Assembly (NCBI GenBank): GCA_046597065.1
Contig: JBKJLI010000003.1
Span: forward strand, 148,436 to 212,435
Direction: 5' to 3'
DNA length: 64,000 nt
Origin: Candidatus Saccharimonadia bacterium
Lineage (GTDB): Bacteria > Patescibacteriota > Saccharimonadia > UBA4664 > SCTI01
Below are positions 36,407 through 45,616 of this stretch, piece after piece. Position numbers and translations under genes: made by a program. The notes under the pieces are model-generated. The model saw only the letters and a program-made list of their open reading frames with translations. It searched no databases and was not told the DNA's origin. The stretch's first letter is position 1; each line of letters opens with the position of its first letter.

Positions 36407-37126
36407 TTATGGTTTCAGCTCCCTTAGAGCAATATCAGCCCTAAGGGCCATACGTTCTACAAGTAGCTCGGAAAGCTGCCGCTCCTGGCCTGGCGTTAGG
36501 TCTGAGACTCGGTGCTGGGCATAAAAGTCGGCTAGCGAAACACCAACTTCTGCCAGCCATCTTTTGGTGTCGGTCATAGTGGGGCGGCCGGTTCTGTTAC
36601 GACCGGACACTTTAACCGGATGAACAAGCGGGTTGCCAGTTACCCGCACGCCGAGCATTGTTGACGCGTCTAGGTGCAGAGCTGGCACCCATTGGTGTAG
36701 CTGCGTTGACAGTTGCAGCCGCTTCATCGCCGCAAAGCGATCATGCGCAACTTGTGAGGAAGACTTTAGCCCAAACATTTTTACCAAGTCGCTGTCGAAG
36801 TAGCCAAGAGGCTTCAGCCGGCAAAGTAGCAAGATGCACCATTGGCGAGCAGCGGTAGCTTCGGGTTGTCTGTTTCCGCCCTGCATTTGCTCCAACGGCA
36901 TCCTGGTGTTTTGGGCGACAGTGCAAAGCACAAACCAGGTAACCCGGCACTTTTTGGCGAAAGCACTATTGCCGTATTCCAGCTCAGCTTTAATTAGGCG
37001 GATTTCCAGCTTACGAATGTGGCGCGCTTCGGTTTCACGAGCTTTTTGGGCCACCGCGTTGTCGATTGCTCGACGCAGACTGGCGCGGTCCTGTGGGGCC
37101 AGCGTATCCATCGAGTATCCTTTCAA
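36407..37126 (-). CDS. hypothetical protein, GC-rich, next to tRNA pair
   Basis: Longest ORF in a GC-rich patch (239 aa; probable start at MDTLAPQDR). No recognisable motif. The + strand ORFs in this patch look like antisense noise. Confidence 0.4.
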   Translation of the reverse strand: MKGYSMDTLAPQDRASLRRAIDNAVAQKARETEARHIRKLEIRLIKAELEYGNSAFAKKCRVTWFVLCTVAQNTRMPLEQMQGGNRQPEATAARQWCILLLCRLKPLGYFDSDLVKMFGLKSSSQVAHDRFAAMKRLQLSTQLHQWVPALHLDASTMLGVRVTGNPLVHPVKVSGRNRTGRPTMTDTKRWLAEVGVSLADFYAQHRVSDLTPGQERQLSELLVERMALRADIALRELKP

Positions 37127-37219
37127 GGGGCGTATTGACTTTGCCTATTTTGATATGAAGAAGCAAATTGTTCAAGCACAAGAGGGATTATCAGGGCCGC
37201 CAGATGATATAATATCGTC

Positions 37220-37615
37220 ATGAATTTCAACGCTCTGCGTGAGGCGTTGGCGCACCTGCGCCCATCCGTCATCCGGCAGCATCCCTTGATGCACGATCCC
37301 ATTTCGGTGGCGACTTTGTTCGTTGCCGTGGCCGTTAATATCATCACGATTGTACTGGTGGTGGGCCGGGTTCATCGCGTTGACTACCCAGTGCCTATTC
37401 ATTACCAGAGCCTGGTGGGTTTTGATCAAGTGGGTGGTTGGTACCAAAATTATCGACTGGCCTTATTTGGAGCAGTAATTACCGTGGCCAACGGGCTGCT
37501 AGCTGCCAAGAGTTTTCAGCGAAACCGGTTAGCAAGCTTCTTTTTACTGATTGGCGCTGCAACTGTGGCAGTGCTGTGTTTAGTAATCAGCTCGGCCTTT
37601 GCGGTGGTGATTTAA
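37220..37615 (+). CDS. hypothetical polytopic membrane protein
   Basis: 131 aa, 3-4 predicted TM helices. Immediately precedes the GT2 synthase gene. Confidence 0.45.
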   Translation: MNFNALREALAHLRPSVIRQHPLMHDPISVATLFVAVAVNIITIVLVVGRVHRVDYPVPIHYQSLVGFDQVGGWYQNYRLALFGAVITVANGLLAAKSFQRNRLASFFLLIGAATVAVLCLVISSAFAVVI

Positions 37616-37616
37616 C

Positions 37617-39356
37617 ATGGCCGCCCCAAGTACGCAGTACCAGTTTTTAACCGATCGTCGCTGGTTTATACGGGGGCTAGAAATCTTTCCTGGGATGGTA
37701 TCTTGGTCGTTTCTGATTGCACCAATCTTGCTGAGTTTTTTCCAACCCCTGTGGGTGGCCTACTTTATCGTGGCCTTCGATTTAATCTGGTTAATTAAAG
37801 CCTTTCGATTGAGTGGATTTTTAATCCGCGGTTACCGTCGGCTACATAAATCAGAACAGATCGATTGGGGGGAGAGGGTCGACTGGCTGCGCCAGCCAGA
37901 CCATTACCGCCGCTTGGCCGAACGCCGCCTGCGCGACTTACTTGCACGTCACCCCCATATCACACGACCGCTTCAGTTCGAGGCCGAACCTCGTCGCCAG
38001 CGCCGCCGCTATTTAGCAATCAAGTCCGAAATCGACACCCTGCGCACTATCGAAGATCGCCAAGCCGCCATTATGGATCCGGCATCGTTATACCATTTGG
38101 TGATTCTGGCTACCTACAATGAGCCCCAGGACATACTAGAGCCATCAGTAAGGGCGCTACTAGAAGTCGACTACCCAGCCAAGCAAATCATGCTAGTAAT
38201 TGCTTACGAGGAGCGCGGGGGCCCCGACACCGAACGTATTGCCTTAGAGTTAATTGAGCGCTACGGCCATCGCTTTGCCTATGCCAAAGCCATTAAGCAC
38301 CCCGATGGGATTGCTGGCGAGGTTCGTGGTAAAGGAGGTAACATTACCTATGCCGGTCGCCAAGCTACTGCCGACATTCTGGCCGAGGCTATCGATCCCG
38401 AGCGAGTGGTGGTGACCACCTTTGATTCCGACCATCGCGCCGGTCGTCAGTACTTTTCACTGCTTAGCTACAGCTACTGCATAAATCCCAACCGTTTGCG
38501 CAAGTCTTACCAACCGGTGCCAATGTTCTACAACAACATTTGGGATGCGCCGGCCCCAATGCGTGTGATAGCTACCAATAACTCGTTTTGGCTACTTATA
38601 GAAACCATGCGCCCGCACCGTCTGCGCAACTTTGCCGCCCACGCCCAAAGCCTAAAAGCCTTAATTGAAACCGATTACTGGAGTGTTAGCACTATTGTCG
38701 AAGATGGCCATCAGTTCTGGCGCAGCTATTTTACCTTCGACGGCGATCACGAGGTGGTGCCGCTTTACGTACCGGTGTATCAAGATGCCGTACTGGCCGA
38801 AACCTACCCCAAAACCTTTGTGGCCCAGTACAAGCAGTTGCGCCGCTGGGCTTGGGGCGTGTCCGATTTTGGCTATGTAGTGCGCGAGTCAATTCGTAAC
38901 CACCGGATTGGCTGGGGCAGCAAGATAGTGCATATCTGGCGGCTGTTTGAAGGCCACTTTAGCTGGGCCACCGCCGCGCTAACCATTGCCTATGTAGCTT
39001 GGTTACCGCTGTTTTTAAATGAGCGCTTTAGCCACCTAGAGCTGGCCCATCAGCTTCCAATCATCGCTAGCCGTCTGCAAAATGTTGCCCTGATCGCACT
39101 GGTAATTACCGTGGCCATTAGCGTTATTTCGCTGCCGCCCAGGCCTTCGCGTTACACCCGCCGCCGCAGCTTTGCGATGGTGCTGCAATGGGTGTTGTTG
39201 CCGGTAGTGGGGATTGGCTTTAGTTCGATGGCGGCGATTGATGCTCAAACTCGTTTAATGCTTGGTCGCTATTTAGAATTTCAGGTAACGGTTAAGCATC
39301 GTCACGACCAGTCCGGGGGTGATGACATGCCAGGTACCACCGAGGAGCCAGCCTAA
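37617..39356 (+). CDS. processive family-2 glycosyltransferase (cellulose/chitin/hyaluronan-synthase-like, QxxRW)
   Basis: 579 aa. N- and C-terminal TM helices. GT-A core with DSD/DxD-type acidic motifs and the processivity motif QYKQLRRWAWG (QxxRW). Confidence 0.75.
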   Translation: MAAPSTQYQFLTDRRWFIRGLEIFPGMVSWSFLIAPILLSFFQPLWVAYFIVAFDLIWLIKAFRLSGFLIRGYRRLHKSEQIDWGERVDWLRQPDHYRRLAERRLRDLLARHPHITRPLQFEAEPRRQRRRYLAIKSEIDTLRTIEDRQAAIMDPASLYHLVILATYNEPQDILEPSVRALLEVDYPAKQIMLVIAYEERGGPDTERIALELIERYGHRFAYAKAIKHPDGIAGEVRGKGGNITYAGRQATADILAEAIDPERVVVTTFDSDHRAGRQYFSLLSYSYCINPNRLRKSYQPVPMFYNNIWDAPAPMRVIATNNSFWLLIETMRPHRLRNFAAHAQSLKALIETDYWSVSTIVEDGHQFWRSYFTFDGDHEVVPLYVPVYQDAVLAETYPKTFVAQYKQLRRWAWGVSDFGYVVRESIRNHRIGWGSKIVHIWRLFEGHFSWATAALTIAYVAWLPLFLNERFSHLELAHQLPIIASRLQNVALIALVITVAISVISLPPRPSRYTRRRSFAMVLQWVLLPVVGIGFSSMAAIDAQTRLMLGRYLEFQVTVKHRHDQSGGDDMPGTTEEPA

Positions 39357-39358
39357 TC

Positions 39359-40432
39359 GTGATTTACGAGATTGCAAGTGTTAACTACCTGTGGGCCTTT
39401 GTAGCCGCCTTTGGTATCGCGTTTATCCTAACACCGCTTATTCGCAAACTGGCTGTTAGCAAGGGAGTGCTGGCTCAACCCGGCGATCGCAAAATCCACC
39501 TTGCCCCAGTGCCATATCTGGGCGGCCTGGCCATGGTAATCAGCTTTATTGTTGTGGCGCTGTTGTTTATGCCCTTTGGCCGCGAGTTGGTCGCCCTGCT
39601 GCTGGGCTGCACTATCTTAGCCGTAGTTGGTGCCATCGATGATATCCGCGGCGTTAGCAGCTGGGCACGCTTGGGCTGGCAAATAGTGGCGGCCTGCGTG
39701 GCTTTAGCTGGAGGCATTGGCATTGTTAGCATCACCAGCCCTTTTGGCGGGCAGATAGACCTTACTGCTGGCCGCTTTGCTTTTGACGCACTTGGCCACA
39801 CCTACCACATCACACCCATTGGTAATTTGATTTCGATCTTATGGATGGTCGGTATGGTTAATACCATCAACTTTTTAGACGGGCTGGACGGGCTGGCCGG
39901 GGGAGTTTCGGCCATCGCCGCCCTGGTACTGTTTGCGCTGGCCATTAGCCCAGAAGTCAACCAGCCGCTGGTGGCACTACTAGCCATTATTTTGGCCGGA
40001 TCGGCGCTTGGCTTTCTGCCCTTTAATTTTTACCCGGCGAAGATTTTTATGGGGGATTCTGGCGCCTACTTTTTGGGCCTAACACTGGCAATGCTGGCCA
40101 TTTACTCTGGTGGTAAGCTAGCCACCGCCGTATTAGTGTTAGGTTTTACGATTATCGATGCGCTGTGGGCGGCAATCCGGCGCATCCGTCGCGGCACGCA
40201 TCCATTTACTGCTGATCGCGAGCACTTGCACCATTTAATGTTGGCTGCCGGTTTAAGCCAGCGCCGAGCAGTACTGCTGCTTTATCTGATGGCGGCCGGC
40301 TTTGGGTTGGTTTCATTATCGCTACACAGCTTTGAAAAGCTAGTGGCTCTAATCATTATGTTTGTGGCAGTTGGGGTGTTGATTGCAGCCCTTAATCGTT
40401 CTGCTAAGCGTGGCGGTACCACAGCCCGCTAA
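39359..40432 (+). CDS. polyprenyl-phosphate N-acetylhexosamine-1-phosphate transferase (WecA/TagO/MraY family, GT4)
   Basis: MVGMVNTINFLDGLDGLAGG and other MraY/WecA motifs. ~10 TM helices. 357 aa. Confidence 0.8.
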   Translation: MIYEIASVNYLWAFVAAFGIAFILTPLIRKLAVSKGVLAQPGDRKIHLAPVPYLGGLAMVISFIVVALLFMPFGRELVALLLGCTILAVVGAIDDIRGVSSWARLGWQIVAACVALAGGIGIVSITSPFGGQIDLTAGRFAFDALGHTYHITPIGNLISILWMVGMVNTINFLDGLDGLAGGVSAIAALVLFALAISPEVNQPLVALLAIILAGSALGFLPFNFYPAKIFMGDSGAYFLGLTLAMLAIYSGGKLATAVLVLGFTIIDALWAAIRRIRRGTHPFTADREHLHHLMLAAGLSQRRAVLLLYLMAAGFGLVSLSLHSFEKLVALIIMFVAVGVLIAALNRSAKRGGTTAR

Positions 40433-40516
40433 CAACCACTTGGCAGAGGCATTTTTAGCCACTAGCCCCAGCCCACCCCATCAGGTATAATGAATTCGTA
40501 ATGTGGGGAGCCCTTT

Positions 40517-40846
40517 ATGAGTCGTAAACATCTGCAAGACCTGATTAACAACCTTCAGGAGTTCTATAAGTGCCCCTCTTGCGATACTAGCTACTTTTTA
40601 GAGGACATCACCTATTTGGGTGAGCTCAACCAGTTTTGCTTTATGCAATTGAACTGTCATGAGTGCTCATTACCGGTACTGGCTACCATTTCAACCGGTG
40701 GAAAGGCCCCCAAGCGGACTAAAACCGATTTGCGCAGCGCCGAAGAGGTTAAGTTTGCTTCGATGGGCGCCATCACCCCCGGAGAAATTGCCGATTTTCA
40801 CCGCTATATCTCGCGTAAGCGTGGCGGTTTCATTCGAAGCAAGTAG
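40517..40846 (+). CDS. hypothetical zinc-ribbon protein
   Basis: 109 aa with paired CxxC motifs (CPSCDTSYF ... CHECSLP). Confidence 0.45.
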   Translation: MSRKHLQDLINNLQEFYKCPSCDTSYFLEDITYLGELNQFCFMQLNCHECSLPVLATISTGGKAPKRTKTDLRSAEEVKFASMGAITPGEIADFHRYISRKRGGFIRSK

Positions 40847-40904
40847 TTTTTAAGCCACAACAGTATTAATAACGGCGGCCCAGTAACAGTTTAGGAGATT
40901 AGTT

Positions 40905-41627
40905 TTGTCTACCGATAAGATCACCGTTTCATTAAGTACTCGTGAGCAACGAGGCAAAAGCAACCAAGCCCTGCGCCTGGCCGGTCAAACTCCGGCTGTG
41001 GTTTATGGTCATGGTTCCGAGCCCCAGTCTGTCGCGGTAGAGACCAAGATAATTGATAAGGTTTATGCCCAAGCTGGTGGCAACAAGATTATCGGACTAA
41101 AGATCGATGATGAGCGAATGAAAAATGCCCGCATTCAAGATGTCCAGCGTAATGTCCGTAACGGTCATCTGTCGCACATCGACTTTTATCTGGTTAAGAT
41201 GGATGAAAAGCTCAAGGCCGAGATTCCGCTGCACTTTACCGGTGAATCAACCGCCGTCTACCAGCAAGAGGGTAGCCTGATTCGCCCAATCGAGACCATC
41301 GAAATCGAGGCGTTACCGGGCAATCTACCCGAGAGCTTTGAAGTCGACATTAGCGTTTTAGATGACTTTGATAAAACCATTACCGTCGCTGATCTTAAAA
41401 TCCCCGAAGGCGTGGAGCTTTTAACCGCTCTCGAAGAAGTGATCGCAAAGGTAGAGCCGCCACGTAGCGACGAGGAGCTCGAAGAGCTTGATGCCGAGAT
41501 TGACGAGAAGGCCGAAATGCCCGAGGGCGCAGTGGAGGACAGTGAAGTCGTTGACTCAAATGATGGAGGCACTCGAAAAGAGCCTCAAGATAAAGCCGCC
41601 GGAGCCGACCCAACCGCCACCAAGTAA
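40905..41627 (+). CDS. rplY: 50S ribosomal protein L25 / general stress protein Ctc (long form)
   Basis: bL25 N-domain (ITVSLSTREQRGKSNQALRLAGQTPAVVYGHG) plus a Ctc C-domain and an acidic tail. 240 aa. Confidence 0.85.
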   Translation: MSTDKITVSLSTREQRGKSNQALRLAGQTPAVVYGHGSEPQSVAVETKIIDKVYAQAGGNKIIGLKIDDERMKNARIQDVQRNVRNGHLSHIDFYLVKMDEKLKAEIPLHFTGESTAVYQQEGSLIRPIETIEIEALPGNLPESFEVDISVLDDFDKTITVADLKIPEGVELLTALEEVIAKVEPPRSDEELEELDAEIDEKAEMPEGAVEDSEVVDSNDGGTRKEPQDKAAGADPTATK

Positions 41628-41714
41628 CGCGTTACATTTTAGAGATTGTTTGCTTAAGCCATAAATTACCCACCAATCGGTGGGTAATTTATTGATAAAA
41701 GCACACATTTAATT

Positions 41715-42158
41715 TTAGTAGCGTTTAAGCTCGCGCTTCAGTTGAGCCTCATTTGCCAGATCGGTTTGGTTGGCCAAATAGCGCACAAATGCTGCCGTAC
41801 TATAGTGCTTTAAGGTTTGCAGCACAATATTGGCAATCTGGCTGACCGTCATTTCGGCCTGTCTGGCATCTAGTAGCTTGGCCTCGACCGTGTCGGTTAC
41901 CGCATCAACGGCGTTTTGCTTGGCTTTAATATCAAGAAACGCACCATAAATGCCCGAAAACAGCTTAGCCCTAGAGTAGCGCTCCTTTTTGCCATCTTTC
42001 TTAATGACTTTTAGAAAACCCAAATCAGCCTGTTCGTAGGTGGTAAAAGACTCGCCGCATTCCAGGCAACGCCGCCGCCGCCAGATTTGGGTACCGAACT
42101 TGGTAGGGCGGGTGTTGAACACGTCGGTGGTTTCACCGCGGCAAAAGGGACATTTCAC
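41715..42158 (-). CDS. nrdR: transcriptional repressor NrdR
   Basis: MKCPFCRGETTDVFNTRPTKFGTQIWRRRRCLECGESFTTYE zinc ribbon plus ATP-cone. Confidence 0.9.
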   Translation of the reverse strand: MKCPFCRGETTDVFNTRPTKFGTQIWRRRRCLECGESFTTYEQADLGFLKVIKKDGKKERYSRAKLFSGIYGAFLDIKAKQNAVDAVTDTVEAKLLDARQAEMTVSQIANIVLQTLKHYSTAAFVRYLANQTDLANEAQLKRELKRY

Positions 42159-42421
42159 TGCTTATTAGCCTCCCGTAAACCTGGTATTAGTGCAAAAAAA
42201 GGCCCCCGGCATGTGGCGATTACGTCGTAACCGCGACCGAGAGCTTCCTTACCACAAGAGGTATTGTAGGGAACCGTCATGGCGCTGTAAAGACTTTTAT
42301 GATAAATATGACAATATGTAGTCATGTAACTGGTAATTAGCCAGGTGGAAAAGTTAGTCCAAAAGGGGATAAGCCATTTCGGTTTGCTCGATTTTAGGGG
42401 CATATCGGTATAATTACTTAC

Positions 42422-43081
42422 ATGTGTGGACGTTTTACCCTCATATCTGAGGTCAATCAGCTTAAAAAGCGTTACAACGCGACCGATCCTGGTGGTTATC
42501 GAGCGCCAAACTACAATGTCGCCCCAACCCAGTTTGCGCCGATTGTTACAGCTGATGGCTTGGTTCAGGCCAGGTGGGGACTTATACCAGGCTGGGCTAA
42601 AAGCCTTAATGCCGGCTATTCAATGATTAACGCCAGGGCCGAAACAATTTTAGAAAAGCCAACCTATAAACCCTTAATGAAAACCGGCCGCTGCTTGGTT
42701 CCTGCCAGTGGATTTTACGAATGGGAGAGCACAGAGGCCAACCGCAAACAGCCGGTTTATTTTACGGTTAAGGGGGCCGAGATCTTTTCGCTGGCCGGCC
42801 TTTTTGCCAAACGCCAAGACGATGATGGCCATGTTTCTTACAGCTTTACGATCATTACAACCACTCCTAATAATCTGGTAGCAGCGGTGCATGATCGCAT
42901 GCCGGTAATCCTAGAGGAGAGCGAGGAACAGCATTGGCTCAATTCTTTAATTGCACCGGAGCAGGCTGCGCTAATGCTAGACTCTTATCCGGCCGGTGAT
43001 ATGATCAAGACTTTGGTTTCAACTGCGGTTAATAGCACCGCTAACAATAGCGCCAACCTGTTAGAACCAATCCAGCGATAG
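42422..43081 (+). CDS. SOS-response-associated peptidase (SRAP/YedK, abasic-site processing)
   Basis: N-terminal MCGRF with catalytic Cys2. 219 aa. Characteristic ...GLIPGWAK... and ...PASGFYEW... blocks. Confidence 0.85.
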   Translation: MCGRFTLISEVNQLKKRYNATDPGGYRAPNYNVAPTQFAPIVTADGLVQARWGLIPGWAKSLNAGYSMINARAETILEKPTYKPLMKTGRCLVPASGFYEWESTEANRKQPVYFTVKGAEIFSLAGLFAKRQDDDGHVSYSFTIITTTPNNLVAAVHDRMPVILEESEEQHWLNSLIAPEQAALMLDSYPAGDMIKTLVSTAVNSTANNSANLLEPIQR

Positions 43082-43149
43082 AGCATGGCTTAACGCTAAT
43101 GCTTGATGTTCGCCTTATGTTCGGCTAGTATTTAGTCGATCGGGGGAGT

Positions 43150-43419
43150 ATGTCGAGGTTTGAAAAGGTTAACAGCAGAGTCGCGGTTTTGGCTGGCTTT
43201 GGGCATACACCCGAGGGCTCGGTTCGAATTACGCCTTTTATTTTAAGGTGGGGCCGAAAGCGTTTTAGGGTTCAGATGGAGGGTCTTTATCATGTTGAGC
43301 GCAGGGGATCTAGGCGCATCCATATACTGGGTTTTTCATCTGGGGGTACGGCTTTTAGGGTAGAGTTCGACGCCGAGACTGCGGAATGGACCCTGGTAGA
43401 GGTTTATTATGGCGATTAG
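43150..43419 (+). CDS. hypothetical small protein upstream of Y-family polymerase (possible YolD-like accessory)
   Basis: 89 aa, overlaps the polymerase ORF. The YolD-like assignment is by position only; no motif support. Confidence 0.35.
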   Translation: MSRFEKVNSRVAVLAGFGHTPEGSVRITPFILRWGRKRFRVQMEGLYHVERRGSRRIHILGFSSGGTAFRVEFDAETAEWTLVEVYYGD

Positions 43420-43465
43420 ATCGGGCATTTTTGCAGCCCACATTAACCCTGAACCACCAGAGATC

Positions 43466-44692
43466 ATGCACATTGATCTTAATAGTGCTTTCGCCATGAC
43501 CGAGCAGCAGGCCAACCCTCTACTGCGAGGCAAGCCGGTTGGTATCACCAATCGCATTAATGACTACTCAATTTGTATTACTGCTTCATACGAAGCCAAG
43601 CGCCTTGGTATTTCAATTGGTACTCGGCAAAAGGACGCTCGATTACGAGCCCCGGGATTTATCATGCTAGAGAGTGATGCCCCCAAGTATCAGTTCGTAC
43701 ATAGAAAGCTTCGGGCCATATTTGAGAGTTACTCGCCAGTAGCTTATATGAAATCGATTGATGAGGGGGTGATCGACTTTAGGGGTATGAAAGCGGTGCT
43801 TAAAGGTCGCCCCCTAGAAGATGTAGCGGCCGAGATTAAACATCGGGTTAAAGATGAGATAGGCAATTACATGACCGTAAATATTGGTATCGGCCAGAAC
43901 CGGTGGCTAGCCAAGGTGGCGGCTTCTTTCATGAAGCCGGACGGTTTATTAACGATTGATCGTGATAGTTTAGAGTCAATTTATGCCGTGATGGACTTGG
44001 TTGATCTGCCATATATTAAAAAACGTAATCAACTAAGACTAAATGAGGCTGGCATCTACACGCCACTGGAGTTTTTTAGGGCGCCATACTGGCTGCTGTT
44101 CAGGAGGGTTTTTAAGAGCGTTAATGGTCATCACTGGTATTTTAAACTAAGGGGCTATGAAACAGAGGTGCAGTATGGGATCAGGTCGGTCGGCAGGAGC
44201 TACGTTTTAGAACATAGGACTTCTGACCCAGAGGAGCTGGCGACACTGCTGCACAAGGCTTGCCATAAGATTGCTCGTCGTCTTAAGAAAAACGATTTAG
44301 CAGCTCGTGGCCTGGCATTGGGCTTGGGTTATTCGGAGGTGGGCTGGGACGGCCGTTACCGGCGTTCTGGCTGGTATGAGCGTAAGATGTGGCCCACTAG
44401 CGCCTATCGTACCGACCAGCTGTACCAGAGGGCGTTAGCGCTGTTTGCTACTAGCCGGCTAGGCTATACCGTTACGTCGTTAGTCATGACCAGCTACGGC
44501 CTAGAGCCAGTCAAGCTGGACCAGCCCAGCCTATTTAGAGACACCGAGTTCAGAAGAAACCAACTCGAGGGAGCTATAAATAAAGTTAACGATCGGTATG
44601 GTGAACTATCCCTAGTGCCAGCGGCAGTAGTTAAATCTAAGAACCCGATGAAGGATAAGATTCCTTTTGGAACCGTCCGCTACTTTGATTAG
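43466..44692 (+). CDS. Y-family DNA polymerase (DinB/UmuC-like translesion polymerase)
   Basis: MHIDLNSAFAMTEQQANPLLRGKPVGIT... matches the Y-family N-terminus. Includes the palm motif region and little-finger domain. Start chosen at MHIDL; the ORF could begin at 43409. Confidence 0.8.
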   Translation: MHIDLNSAFAMTEQQANPLLRGKPVGITNRINDYSICITASYEAKRLGISIGTRQKDARLRAPGFIMLESDAPKYQFVHRKLRAIFESYSPVAYMKSIDEGVIDFRGMKAVLKGRPLEDVAAEIKHRVKDEIGNYMTVNIGIGQNRWLAKVAASFMKPDGLLTIDRDSLESIYAVMDLVDLPYIKKRNQLRLNEAGIYTPLEFFRAPYWLLFRRVFKSVNGHHWYFKLRGYETEVQYGIRSVGRSYVLEHRTSDPEELATLLHKACHKIARRLKKNDLAARGLALGLGYSEVGWDGRYRRSGWYERKMWPTSAYRTDQLYQRALALFATSRLGYTVTSLVMTSYGLEPVKLDQPSLFRDTEFRRNQLEGAINKVNDRYGELSLVPAAVVKSKNPMKDKIPFGTVRYFD

Positions 44693-45111
44693 CCGCGGGC
44701 GGCCATAAGCTCATCAACGGCTTGCCCTCGATGGGTAGTCGTATGACTGGCCTGGCGGCCGCGAAAATAGTGAATCAACCCCCACAGCTGTTTGGTGACG
44801 CCGACGGCTTCGGCTTTGAGCTCGCTAGCATTAGCGTAGCCGCGCTGTGAGCTCTCATCAAGATGCTGGTTAAGTTGTTCAACTTCAACCCGTGCCAGGT
44901 GTAAAGCCTCTATCTTAAGCCCTATGCTATGACGGCGAAAGGCCTCACTAATATAATGCGATATCGCGGCACTGCTGCGCCTCAAATCATTTCCTAACCG
45001 ATAAAACTCGGTTTGCGGCAACGAGCGGACCAGCTCGTAAACCTTATCTTCTAGTTTTCTGCTGGCTGTATACACCCGCAGATCCTCAATGGAAGTTTGG
45101 CGTGTGGCCAT
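44689..45111 (-). CDS. four-helix-bundle protein (PF05635 / 23S rRNA-intervening-sequence protein family; Avd-like fold)
   Basis: 140 aa. ...DLRVYTASRKLEDKVYELVRSLPQTEFYRLGNDLRRSSAAISHYISEAF... matches the family pattern. Confidence 0.7.
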   Translation of the reverse strand: MATRQTSIEDLRVYTASRKLEDKVYELVRSLPQTEFYRLGNDLRRSSAAISHYISEAFRRHSIGLKIEALHLARVEVEQLNQHLDESSQRGYANASELKAEAVGVTKQLWGLIHYFRGRQASHTTTHRGQAVDELMAARG

Positions 45112-45205
45112 AATCTACCCCCTCACAACTTAAAGGCATCCCCTGCGATCAAATATACCGAACAAAAACCGAACTGTCAAGACACTAAAAAAGCCAAGCC
45201 ATAGC

Positions 45206-45406
45206 CTAGGGAAGAATTGGATTGCTGTTTTCGGGAGATTGCTCGAACGGCACCTCAATATCTTGAGATAACAATTCAAGCTGGGATTCGTTAAGCCCCT
45301 TGGGTGCAGATGAAATTTCCGGTAATGGTTCATCAGATGAGGCAGAAGCTAGAGTCTCCAAATTTTCATAAAATACGGCAGTAATTTGGCGCAGGTGGCG
45401 GCTCAT
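45206..45406 (-). CDS. hypothetical small acidic protein
   Basis: 66-aa ORF only; no SD checked. Confidence 0.2.
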   Translation of the reverse strand: MSRHLRQITAVFYENLETLASASSDEPLPEISSAPKGLNESQLELLSQDIEVPFEQSPENSNPILP

Positions 45407-45616
45407 AGATCCCCAGTAATATTAGGTATTTATTTGCTTATACAGCGATTGCTGGCACCTATCAAATTTAGTCTTTTCTTTAGATTCAGTCAAACCCCAA
45501 CCTTACAAAAATACCGATATAATTAACGGCTATTTTGGAACAAAGTTGAACTTTATAAGAATTTGTTAATCTCGATCATGTATAACGGAGTTTAGGCAGT
45601 AACAGAGGAGTAAATT

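Noticed and set aside
36658-37223. + strand ORFs 36658-36858 and 36834-37223
   Set aside because: Both are embedded antisense in the longer GC-rich minus-strand ORF. They have no start signals.
42155-42403. 82-aa minus-strand ORF upstream of nrdR
   Set aside because: No SD. It lies in the divergent promoter region between nrdR and the SRAP gene (which has a TATAAT just upstream). The composition and sequence look non-coding.
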